NCBI GenBank assembly: GCA_040954595.2
Contig: CM082598.2
Span: forward strand, 4,345,837-4,409,836
Reading direction: 5' to 3'
Length of the DNA stretch: 64,000 bases
DNA from: Balanoglossus misakiensis
Taxonomy: Eukaryota; Animalia; Hemichordata
A program made the translations under genes and the position numbers. Positions 38,346-49,935 of this stretch are shown here, piece by piece (position 1 is the first letter of the stretch; the number at the start of each line of letters is the position of its first letter). The notes under the pieces were generated by a model. The model ran no database searches. It was given only the letters and a program-made list of their open reading frames with translations, and was not told the DNA's origin.

Positions 38346-38590
38346 AAGGGACGCGATCGTCGCGCCTCGTGGGTGTCCCCCTTGATGAGAATATGTCCTC
38401 CCATATACTAGTATACCAGCACAAACCTCACTGCAGTCCCCAAGACCTACTTGGATCTTCAGTTGCTGGTCATGCCCAGTCTTTGCTACGGTTGGCTGCT
38501 TCGTTCATTCTAAGAATGTTCTAATTTCAGGATTTGTGGATGAATTTTAATGTTTATAAACAAACAAACGCGGCGCGACGATCGCTTCAC
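38346..38590 (-). mobile_element. Dispersed MITE-like repeat, inverted relative to the copy at 60757-60954
   Basis: Reverse-complement similarity over ~200 bp (gagaatatgtcctccc, ctgcagtc, ggatcttcagttgctg, ttcgttcattctaagaat, aatgtttataaacaaac); termini tcgtcgcgcc / ggcgcgacga are inverted. Confidence 0.75.
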
Positions 38591-38762
38591 TTTCAGACAC
38601 AAGCCATTCCTCATTCACAAGTAAACTACCGTGACACGAAAATTGCCTAGCCTGAAGTTAGTTTATTATCATGAAAGTGGAGTTAATTCCCAGTGCATGT
38701 ATTTTGATAGCAATGATCGAAATATATTTAAAGAAAGTGTCCAGTTAATTCCTGGTGTAATT

Positions 38763-40578
38763 CTAGTGTTGAGAGTGACAGTAAGGATCTGAAAGATACA
38801 AACGAAGAAGCAAAGAAAGGTAAAGATTCTGATTCGTTTCGCGTGGTTTGTATGGGGGTTTGGAAAGAAGGTTTGAAGATATATGCGAGAATACAAAAAA
38901 ATGACAACGTTCTGTATGACAAACAGCAACTATGTGCAACCCAGCGTTGCCATCTACCGATCGGGTTCAAAGGTCAAATGCGTACCTGGAATTTCGCAGA
39001 CAATACCCTTCGGGCGGGCATCGCAGTACTCGTCGTCCCAGAGACCATTATTCCCTTTTCTGAACCTGGGGAAGTGAAAAAAACTCGTAAGATGTGACGT
39101 CATGAAATCATTTCTAGCTGGGTTTTTGTTTTCAATATTCTTTTTTTCTCCGCCATGTATTATCGCAACACGTTCAGTTTCTTCTAGTCAGCAGGTTTTG
39201 ATTTTGTTTGTTTGTTTTTGTTGTTTTTGAGGAGTTTGGAAATTTCCCTTTTTTTACTCTGCAAGCACTCTTGAAATGCTTTTGATATTTTAAAGTGGAG
39301 GTTTGCTACACTCGCACACATTGGTAATGATGCGCCCTCAACATGTTGACTAAAAGAGACCCGCGCTCCTAAGCCAAGTTTAGTTCTGGTGAATGTTGAG
39401 GGCGGACGCTCAATAAGCAGATGTGTTTGCGAAGGTTGCAGGTGGCATTGGGCTGCGAGAGAGTCTCCTGGTCTTCTTACCATAACTGTGCGCAATCTTG
39501 GCCGTTGCCGTCCTTTTTGTCGTTGTTGTCGGGCTCCTCCGGCGCCCAGTTGCGGAAGTCTTCGGAGCACAGGCTCTGGCCGTCGGACCAGGTGTACTCG
39601 CCCTCGACGAACGGATCGCCCAGCCCGAACCAGAAGCCGAACCTATTGATGCAAGGTGCTGTGTCCCATTGGTTGTCTATGATGTAGTCTCGGACTAGCT
39701 GGTCGATGCTTGCGTTGCGCAGGACCGCTAGGCGCCCGGTTGGATGGCCTGGGAGCACGGAACGGGTCGCGCACAGCTCGGCCGCTTTCTGCTGGTATGG
39801 GCGTTCGGAGTTGGCGTCATCACAGAAGAATTCGTACTTGGTACATTGGCAGCCGGGCGTCACATTTTCGATCGTGAATCTCCCTTAAAACAATAAAAGG
39901 TGTTTGGTTAATGAGGAAAGTGACGCACTGGGATTTAGTTTAACAAATGTTGACAAGCGAAAACAGTGAAATGAAAATCCTGCGAAACATTGATGTTTTA
40001 CAGTATTTTGTTAAAATGTGCTTGTATTTTACAACAGGGACCCTTATTCGGCCGATGGTGATACTTTTGATTGCGTAAATGCAAGGGGCGTTTTCAACAT
40101 GAGCATTTTTGATAGAGAAAGCCTAAAATGACTGACTTACCTACAGGTTGCGGACCCTGCGTCGTCACGAAGCCGGATGGAGGAGAGAAAAAGCAGGCTT
40201 TTAGTTTTCCATGAAACAAGCAGAATAAGAACATGTAGAGGCGTTTTTGTTCAATGTTTTGTGTTGAGGAGGATTGCCCTTCGGTGACCTTCAGTATGCA
40301 AATTAGTTCAACCCCCCAGGGACTGACTGTTTCCGCTTCGACGGTGTTGATGAAATACATTTCTAATGTATAGAAACATACGCACCGTATGGTGTTTCAA
40401 CGTAATCACCACTATGTAACCGACTGGGGGCTTTAGTTTGAAAATCCCCAACACGAAAAGAATGATTTCATTATATTACAGAAAATACAGATGACTAAAT
40501 ACTTTCATGACGTGTACTCACTTGCGCAGAACAAATTGCCACGTAGGCGAGCAAAACGACAGCAAGTTGGAAACCCAT
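38763..40578 (-). CDS. Secreted C-type lectin L5 (EPD motif)
   Basis: Exons 40578-40522 (MGFQLAVVLLAYVAICSAQ), 16-nt micro-exon 40156-40141, 39883-39481, 39065-38986, 38788-38763 (DPYCHSQH*). WFGL, NWAPEEPDNN, WDDEYC. Confidence 0.92.
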
Positions 40579-42819
40579 GTTGGCGGTCTGAAATGGAAAC
40601 GGAATATTATCTGTAGTAATGTAATTAATCACAAATAGCAATAACAAAACGTGAAGACATTACTAGAATATTCCATTAAATTCCACAATTACATAGATGT
40701 AATCGAAAACCGTTGAACGTTCGGTGACTTTCAGACGATACGCGTGTTCTCGTCCGAATAGCAAAAATCACCTGTTTTGATCAAAATCACCTGTTTTGAT
40801 CACAGACCTGGTCGCCACCTATCGTGGACGTTTAATGAAGTCGTAAATCATAACAATCAACTCCATCTGAAATCGACAGAATAGAAGTGTCCTGCTATCG
40901 GTAGCGTTTCATCTATTGAGTTTGCCACAGCAACATCCGGGTTCTACAGACCCGCTTGAATAAAAGGCAAACATCAACATACTTTTATCAGATATGAATA
41001 GAGAGATGACGCAGTCACTTTGACTTTGACCCGCTGTTACTTTTTCGCGTCAGCTGTTTCAAACGGTATCGCCATACGTCACACTTTAAAGATATCTTAA
41101 GTTAGCCATTTTAGATGGGCGATTGTCATGACATGTTTTGAGTTGCAGATAACAATGTCAAAGTGAAATTACATTAGATTAGCTAAAGGGACATGAAATT
41201 TAGCATTAGACGTGTACTTGAAAAATGCAAGATCTTTCGTAAGACCCTGAATTGTTTCCTTAATAATAAAACATTAATATAAAACGTATGAAGTTTATGA
41301 AAAGAAACTTGAGCAGGTTTTTCTGCACACTGGCTGACTTAGAAAGTAGTACATTGTGCATCCGCCAATCGGTTCAAGGGCGAACGAGGTACAGAGTTCG
41401 GAACTCCAATTCAGGCATTGCTGTATGAAAATTGGTTAAGCCCCGCTGTAGTTTTTTTGTTAATACCTTGTAAATGAGGTCTTATCCCTGCAAGGCATAT
41501 TTCCACTTTTTCAAATTGACTTTTCTATGGAATGGTGCCGCGGAAGGAAAACCGTCTGAATATTAATACTGGAATGACAAACTGGAAAAAAAATACTCAT
41601 ATTCGTGGCAAAGTATATACACAAAGTGAACTTACCAAGAAGATCTCAATGCACTGTAGTCGGTTGATCTTGCGAGTTAGCGTTAACGATTATAAAATTC
41701 TCATTTACAGACTTTCGCTGACCCGGGGGTGTCACACTTTCTGGTGTATCGTATACCAAACACCCTGAAGTAGTGTTTGACTTTTCACAGTTGTCACCCC
41801 CTTGTCATTGTTATGACATCGCTTTGTGTTTTGTGACGGCATTCGTCTTGTTAAATGCAGATCTGCAATTAATTTTCTACGAGAAATTCTGTAGAAATCT
41901 AGCGATGACAAGTATTGTTCAATGATTTGCTGTCGACATTAGTGGCTGTTTATCTCGTAAATTTCTCAATGAAATTATGTGTCAAATTCATTTTTGTGCG
42001 AAGAAAGCTAACTGGCTTGTTGCAATCAGATCTCAATAAATACATCATAATTATATTTTTCCTTGTAAGCGACAACCTGGCTAATGGCAAATGCAGTCGC
42101 AATGGTCATTATTTTTGACAGATTATATAGTGTGGATACGTAATGCCAATGACAGCCATATGTTTCTCACAAAACGGGTGTTCATTTACAAAAACAAGCA
42201 AATTTGTTTCGTTTTCAAAGTAGTAAAGTTCAGTGATGGATACCTTGTTTTATCGAGATGTCATACAGATCATCACAGATGAAAGTGGATCTAGGCAACA
42301 TGTGTTAACAACGGGATAAAATAGAGGGGAAAAGAGTTAGACGATGAGATAGAGGACTTGTATGCAGAGTTCCTACTGGAACGAAAACAAAATTATTTTA
42401 ATTAATGTAAAGAATGTACAGACTTACATCCGTAATACCACTGTAGAACGCGTTTCTAATTTCAACTCGATGCTATCATTAGTTTTCTACAAGAATCAAT
42501 GCTCTAAAGGTGAAATCTGTGTACACAATATTAGTTAATAATAGAAAATTTATTGACCCATTAGCATAAGCGCGATACAATTCACCAAACATATCATTCA
42601 AGTGTTTTGAACAAAAAAACTTCTATAGCACGTAACATCTGTGATATAAATCCGTGGTCGTAGAATGGGGTCGTCGTATATCAATTGAAATTAATTCTGA
42701 ACGTGATTTACTGGTAGTTGTGTAACACTTATTTTGGAACCTCAAATCAACTATGAATCTTTTGATCATTAATGGTACGATGCATCTCTCATACAGAAAG
42801 TGAGTTATTAATAATCTAC

Positions 42820-44231
42820 ACAAATGTGGTTTCTATACCAACGCCAGCTATTGTGGTTGCCTGCTTGGCCAGAGACAAAGAGAAAGATTGCCTTTTCTCT
42901 TTGTGATCCAACGCTTGCAGACAAACATAGTCGAAGATAAATTGAGCCCGTCGGTTTCATTGGTGAGAGTAGGTTCAGTGAGTGCACTATCAAACACCTT
43001 TGACAAATTAGGATGTAAGAGCAGACACTTCGCCGCCACCACCGTATGGTACGCTCTGCATATCATTTCTTTGTTACTTGATAAACATCCATATTCCTGA
43101 GGGGTTCTTGTATGAATGGGAGAGGCTTTATATAAACACACCATCTGTATTGTTCCAACTGTTCAGAGAGACTCTGCCAACCAGCAGAGTAATGACACAT
43201 TGCCAGTCATGATGTAAAGTGTAATTACAAAGTAACAACTACATTGTTTGCAAAGATGTACATTGTAGCAGTTACACTACAGTGTAATACAAATTAACAG
43301 CTAGATTGTTTGCAGTGATGTACTTTGTAGCAGTAAGACTACAATGTAATACAAAGTAACCACCACATTGTTTGCAATGATGTACATTGTAGCAGTTACA
43401 ATACAGTGTAATACAAAGTAACAACCACATTGTTTGCAGTGATGTACATTGTAGCCGTTACACTACAGTGTAATACAAAGTAACAACCGCATTGTTTGCA
43501 ATGATGTACATTGTTGCAGTAACTGCTCTCTGTCACCAAATATTCACCAAACAGGACTTGGTTTGAACTTCTCGAAATGTATGCAGACCAGTGGTTAGAT
43601 GCAAGTTTAATAGTACACGCATAATCTCAATTGAAATCTGTATGAATCATTGCACTGTGGAGTTTATTTAATCGATAAATTATATGACACTACCTTGTTT
43701 GAGGACACATCTGTGCCATTTTTATCATTATCATTGGGGTTTGGTCGTTTTAAAAAGTCGCTGAGCATCCGTTTTAGTTGTTATCGAAGATGTTTCTCTA
43801 AATTCCCAGGTTTTTTCTCTATCTCGTTTTAAAATTGTGTTGTTCAGCTACATAAAAAGAGTCCATTCATCAATCGTAGATATGGTGCCGCCATTTTTAT
43901 GTTGATCGTCTGCATTGTTCGTTCGTGATGATAGGATATTGAAACCACGCTGTACTACCACAGATATGCAGAAGGAAATAGGCTCGGATATCTGTTTCGG
44001 AAGTGGTGTTTCGAACACAGATTTATCAAAAATGAAACCGTTTATCGCGGTCGGTGATATGGAGTCCAAAATTTCGACTGGAAAGTCTTTGGGTGACGAC
44101 ACTGACATCTTGCTCATTACCGTTTTACCGTCTATGTTTAACTCGCTGTTCTTTATGTCGTTCTGTCCGAATGAGGTACTTACACCCGGACGTGGTCACA
44201 AACACGCGTCCTGTGTTTTCTCCTTTTCCAT
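42820..44231 (-). pseudogene. Possible decayed two-exon gene (interrupted ORF plus weakly death-fold-like second exon)
   Basis: ATG at 44231 opens a long frame broken by isolated stops (MEKEKTQDACL*PRPG...WTLFM*LNN...); an AG acceptor at ~43145 precedes a frameshifted segment (…LSKVFDSALTEPTLTNE / RRAQFIFDYVCLQALDHKEKRQSFSLSL). No family recognised with confidence. Confidence 0.25.
43197..43524. repeat. 62-bp minisatellite array 1 (~5 units)
   Basis: Unit acattgtttgcaatgatgtacattgtagcagttacactacagtgtaatacaaagtaacaacc. Confidence 0.93.
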
Positions 44232-45663
44232 TGTGACAAAATATCGATTTTACGATATGTGTTCACATTTTGCGTGAAATGCTTTCATGCGTGAATGACC
44301 ACGAGGAGCGGGCGTTTCTAATTAGACTGGTCCACAAGGCAAAATGCTGTGATGATGGTCAGTCCGGAATTTCTAACAGACACGTTGACAACAGCGTCCG
44401 TGAAACACAATTTGTATATATTTGCCGTTTAATCCCACTAAACCCAATGTGAATGCAGTCTCTGATCTCGGTCGCATACTAGAACCGCGTTTACTCAAAG
44501 GAAATTGTACGGTTGCATAGTTCCGATCCATTTCATTGTTTGGGGGTAAATATCCAAAAGGGCGACGCGATACCTTTCAGAGACATCGCTGGAAACTGTT
44601 TCCATAGATACGCGGTCGCGGCATCGCAGTCATTGCGCCATTTTGATCCGAGGTGATTTCGCACCTGCGCACTGTGACAAAGAGCGGCGTTCGTTTACTG
44701 ACAGAAACCGTGTACGACTATGTCGACTGTCATGATATCTCCGTTAAGTGAATGTTTCATCTTCTTGGTACAGAACTAAAAATATCTGCAAGGATTATTA
44801 ATACAAGCCACCTAAATTGACTACAGGTAAGACGCCAAAAATACAACGTCATACATGTACCCCCTGTGACACTGAGATTGTACGCCGAAAGTCGTTTGCA
44901 GCATGACGTCATATGGTCAGTTCGATCACCAGTGATACACCGGACATTCCAAACAAACAGATGCTCCATTTGAAGCAATCAAACGGTTGTGGGGGTTTTT
45001 ACTATTTCACTGAACTTGTGATTTTCAAGCAATTGTAGGTGACCCGTGTTACTTGGTTTATAGAGTGAGTGCAAGTCACTTCTGTTTGTTAGTAATTTGA
45101 TTCGGCAACCGATACATTACACCCAGCATCGACAATGGCCACATTTTTCCGTCGGTATAACGCTGCTATTTGAACGGGGGGAATAGCAAACCCATATCTT
45201 GGATTACACGGTTTACATGAAGTCAAAGAACGGGGTTAAAAGTCTATGTACTGTTCGCATTGGTCGGTTCAAGCAGCCAATTTGTGATTTTTGGCCTGTA
45301 TTATCCCTCTGTTAGGTCTGTTTGTCTTTCTGTCTGTTGGCTACTGTCTGGTCTGCCTGTCTTTTATTTTCTCTTTTTAAATATCAAATGGGTAATCAGG
45401 GATCATACGTGTACCATCAACAGTGTTTCCATGGTGTCGATCAAATCTAAAAAGCCTACATACAATACGCAATACGTTAATCGTCAGTGTATTAAATTTC
45501 TACCTTGGTTTTTTGCTTGTTGTTATTTAATTATTCCTTTGAAGAAATTTTGAATCACGAGGCCTCACTTTCCATTCAAGCTCAGGCTAATCGAATAGCA
45601 AATCCAGCTACTGCAAATGCCTGATATATTTTTTTCTTTCTGTCTCAAGGATCTGACGTCATC

Positions 45664-46888
45664 ATGGATTACAAGGAACGAAAGATCCTCAAGGAAGGCC
45701 TTGAGCGGTTTCAGAAGGACTTGTACGTGCATAGCGTCTTACAAGTGTTGCAGATGAGATTGCGTTTCAAGGAGAGTGACGTCAAGAAAGTGAAGGTGCG
45801 CATGTGCTTGTACGCAAGTCAAAACCTGGAAATGGAATGATGACGCCATTTCTTGTTTAGTGTGAATTAGATTTGCAAGTGGCAATATTTAATTTACAGA
45901 CATGTGTTGGTTTGTCCAATATAATTGTGTTAAGAGGACTGGGATGACAGCAAGATTACTCAAATATATTTGATCTTTTTTGCTTCGTAAACCTATGCCA
46001 GGGTTACTAGTAAGTTGGTTTGTCCAATATAATTGTGTTAAGAGGACTGGGATGACAGCAAGATTACTCAAATATATTTGATCTTTTTTGCTTCGTAAAC
46101 CTATGCCAGGGTTACTAGTAACCGCGCGTAAACAAAGAGGAGTTTTATCGTCTTAACTTTACTGTTAGTCGAGGAAGTTATCGATTGACACGGTCGTAAT
46201 CGTTTCGACAATACTAATTACTGTTAGGTCCAGAGTCATCATGTGAATAGCGTGAAGCCGTAAAAATTAGGTGTTTGTCTTGTGCGCCAAACAAAGGAAC
46301 GCACTTTATTGGTGGCAGTGGAATTAGTCACACGCACATTGTTTGCAATGATGTACATTGTAGCAGTTACACTACAGTGTAATACAAAGTAACAACCACG
46401 TTGTTTGCAATGATGTACATTGTAGCAGTTACACTACAGTGTAATACAAAGTAACAATCACATTATTTGCAATGATGTACATTGTAGCAGTTACACTACA
46501 GTTTAATACAAAGTAACAACCATATTGTTTGCGATGATGTACTTTGTAGCAGTTACACTACAGTGTAATACAAAGTTACATAGTACACACCACCACCACC
46601 ACGATCATCATCATCATCATCATACATATAGCAAGAAGAGGTAGAACTTCTTTCGCATAATTTATATGTTCTCATACCTGTTCCTTTGTCTCACAGGTAT
46701 ATTGCGACAACTTTCGTCAAGTCCGGGTATTATTCCATATCTTAAAAGTAAAGAGGGTTCCTTTGACAGAGTTGCGGGCGGTCCTCGAAGTCACTGGACA
46801 ACGTTTTCTATCTCAATACTTACAGTCCAGAGTCGAGCTTGCTGAAGGATTGCCTATGTCTCCACGCAGACTTAATCCAAAGAGTTAG
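45664..46888 (+). CDS. CARD-only protein (~107 aa), caspase-9/Apaf-1-type CARD pattern
   Basis: Exon 45664-45795 MDYKERKILKEGLERFQKDLYVHSVLQVLQMRLRFKESDVKKVK|gt and exon 46697-46888 VYCDNFRQVRVLFHILKVKRVPLTELRAVLEVTGQRFLSQYLQSRVELAEGLPMSPRRLNPKS*. The phase-0 join is open and the helix pattern matches a CARD (MDxxxRxxL, L-V--VL--L, Q-R-L---L, L--TGQ--L---L). Missed by the ORF track. Confidence 0.72.
45906..46121. repeat. Exact 108-bp tandem duplication (intronic)
   Basis: gttggtttgtccaatataattg...gggttactagtaa occurs twice, starting at 45906 and 46014. Confidence 0.93.
46336..46580. repeat. 62-bp minisatellite array 2 (~4 units)
   Basis: Same unit as the 43.2 kb array, located in the CARD gene intron. 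Confidence 0.93.
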
Positions 46889-47340
46889 TGCAAATTTATT
46901 TCTCTATAGAAATCTTTAGCTTATACAATTTCTTTTGAAGGCTGAAGCTCCCCCCTATCAACCCATTCACCCTCTGTCTGTCTATCTGTCTGTCTGTCTA
47001 TCTATCTACCCGGTATATATCATTCACTCAGTTTTGTCACTTATAGTTTTTCATTTATATTTTTAATTTTCAGTTTGAAAATTGGATGGCTTCACCATAC
47101 GACTTAATTCCTTGTAATGGTTCAGATTGGTTTTAGAGCGCCATCACCGTTGGAGTATAAAAATCCTCTGACGCCAAAATTCCATGGCATTGGTGCTGAC
47201 CGTGAAAAACTGTATTGGTAGAGACCACGTGTGAGGCAACAACTGTCTTTCCTATCGAAGTTGTTCGACAAGATTTACAACGACATAGCTAGCTGTATTT
47301 TCTTGGGTGAAAGAACTGTCAAGACAAATAGATAACCATG

Positions 47341-47408
47341 CTCGTTCCCCAGACCCTCTTTCTGGAGGGCAACGGAAGAAGCAGAGGGGTCTGGGTAACC
47401 GAGACTAT
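47341..47408. mobile_element. Short palindromic MITE-like element
   Basis: Imperfect inverted ends ctcgttcccagaccc ... gggtctgggtaaccgag. Confidence 0.55.
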
Positions 47409-48231
47409 AACCACGTAACTTCACGGTCACTAACATAATTTGCTCCCGTTTCGACTTAAAACGGAAGGCTGACCCAATTTGCTTCCGTTCTGACCGAGTT
47501 AGGCGGCCAAGAAAAATATTTAGAGATTTAAGTGATGTTTTTGCACGTTCAGGCCACGTTGACATTTAACCCACTTCCGATTTAAATATGGCCATATGTA
47601 GCTGCAATGATGTATCTTGGTTTGTGATGGCGCTCTTTTTTCTCGTGGCTGCTCACTGAAAATCTGTGATTGGCTAGATCTCAATTTTCCATGGTAACCT
47701 TTAACAAGACATCAGAAAATTGACCGAATTTTGAAACGTTATAATTACTCGTCATTTTATCTTCGCGTCTGGCTTCTCGCAATTTGACCTGTAATAAATA
47801 AAGTGAGATAATACCATACTCCGATATGAGACTCTGTACACATTTCGCGAATTCCTTAGATTTCGATTTCGTATTGGAAATCTCATCACACCAGTTGACA
47901 CCAGTATCAACTGTCTGATACATTATGTTGCATGTCTTGCGTTGTGACGTCATCAAACGTCCATGATCCATCCATCCACCCATCTATCTATCCATTCCTT
48001 CATTCATTCATTCGTTCATTCTTTCATTCATCACGTCATCAGTTCTGTATGCCGGAAGTACATTCACCAAATTATCTTAATAGACAGGAAATGACATTTG
48101 GGTCTTCCGGTGTACTTGACATTAGGTTGCTCGTAACATCCCTCCTTCAACACCTGTCATTTACATCTTTCTTAATTCATAGAGTCTTTTAGTTAACCTG
48201 CCTGCCTGTCTTTGTCTGTATGTCTGTGCAT

Positions 48232-48233
48232 AT

Positions 48234-48308
<75 letters not shown>
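48232..48308. repeat. (ATTT)n microsatellite
   Basis: Direct repeat. Confidence 0.95.
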
Positions 48309-48458
48309 TGCCTGCTTATCTGAATGCCTGTGACGTATTAATATTGGCCCTTATATACTAATACAAGTATTTAGATTCTTTTTTGTTCCATGGTCTACTT
48401 CAATGTCTAACTTGTGTGCCTGCAGTCATAAGTGCGCGCGCAGAAAAGATTACCTTAA

Positions 48459-48643
48459 AGGTATACAGTCACCTCCAATTTACATACGCCCATATATGGC
48501 CGACATGGAGTATTTTAGCGTTCTAAAGAACATATGGTGGCGCTCTTTTTTTCGCGTGTGCCACCCACTGAAAATCTGTGATTGGCTAGATCGCAATTTG
48601 CCATGGTAACTATAGACAATTTTCTAAAGGTGACCGTATACCT
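48459..48643. mobile_element. Complete 185-bp non-autonomous DNA transposon (MITE) with TTAA target site, Kolobok/piggyBac-like
   Basis: TTAA|aggtatacagtcacct ... aggtgaccgtatacct|TTAA (16-bp TIR, 1 mismatch); partial copies at ~1310-1433 and ~47575-47703. Confidence 0.85.
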
Positions 48644-49499
48644 TTAAACACAAAACCACACTTCAGTTGTTTTCCTACTGTAGAATTTATACGGTTGAGT
48701 CAGGTTCGGTATGATTAAAACTCGACAAACGACGAAAACACCAAAATAGCAGATGGCTCAGCAGGGGTTCTGTCTTCCTGTATAGAAATGTCCACCACAA
48801 TGAGTGTCGGAAATATAGCATATTGCTTAGTCGACACTTCTGCTGACATCCGATAGGCTATGATCCTGATGGCTGTATCTGTTGCCAACGTGATTCATCC
48901 GCGTCAATCACTTAGCAGGGACCCTTATCTCGGTGAGAAGTTTCCATCTCTTTGAAGATACGGTCACAAGTTTGACATGGCACCAGATGATGTCGGTTTA
49001 TTGCTCAACTTTAATATTTTTTCACACAGTCTAAATCTTATAATTTTTCGCTGAAATGTTAACAATCTGTTTTGAAGATAGGATCAAAAAGAAAATTCAA
49101 AATATGACACTTTGATAGGATTTTATTTCAGTTTCGATTTACCATTCAAAAGGTATATTATACTGACAGCGTGGGACATCAAAATTGAAAATTGAAGAAA
49201 TCAAAGGTACCTCTTCTGGTACTATTAGTTCCCGTGGGCCTTTTGTGGACCATGTGTAGATGTTCAAAATGTTATCTGGTCCATAAGGATTAAAGCTTCG
49301 CGTTGGCTTTCCAGGAATTAAGCGCTTAATCCACCGGATGTTGAGAAACACCAGATTGACTTATGATGTGTAATCATCCCCCTTAGGTTCCCGGATGAGG
49401 TCAGTGACTTCTTCGCGAACAACAAATGAATGAAGAGGCTAGGTAACCCGACACTCACCGATCATATACATGTTCGGTGAGCTAAGGACGCCTATATCA

Positions 49500-49935
49500 G
49501 CCTGGGTAATTTACATATTAAGGGCATGACGTCATGGTTGTTGCTTAAATAGGCCGCAAGCAGCGCTGGTTGAGAGATATAGCGTTTGTTTGTCATTTCA
49601 TTGGGAAGTGAGCTGTTGCGGTCAAAACACTTTCCCCGGATCTTGATTCTCGTTTCGTTTCCCTGGGATTTCCCACTGGACCCAAATATCGCAGATTCCA
49701 CGGGAGAAGCTGTCGTTTCCCCGCGTACCGAGGTTTTCTGTCTGTTCGTTGTGGCGACTACCGTGTCCTGTGCTCGGATGTGGGCCTAGATTTTTTTCTA
49801 AGGAGAGTTTGGAGAAGACGCGGAGAGAGAGACACAGACTCGAGTAGTTGATTCAGTGCACCAGCCTTCACACGTTCAAGGTCGAACGTGTTTTGTGACC
49901 GTGCGTGGAGCGTCGACTACATCAACAGTTTGAAG
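49500..49935 (+). promoter_or_regulatory. Probable promoter and non-coding first exon of the C11orf96-like gene
   Basis: Full CRE palindrome TGACGTCA at ~49528, CpG-rich stretch, donor-like gaag|gtaaaa at ~49935; matching acceptor ttttccag at ~54118 upstream of the ORF. Confidence 0.45.

Noticed and set aside
44190-44231. In-frame TGA after MEKEKTQDACL read as selenocysteine
   Set aside because: The same frame later has TAG/TAA stops, there is no recognisable selenoprotein motif, and I identified no SECIS.
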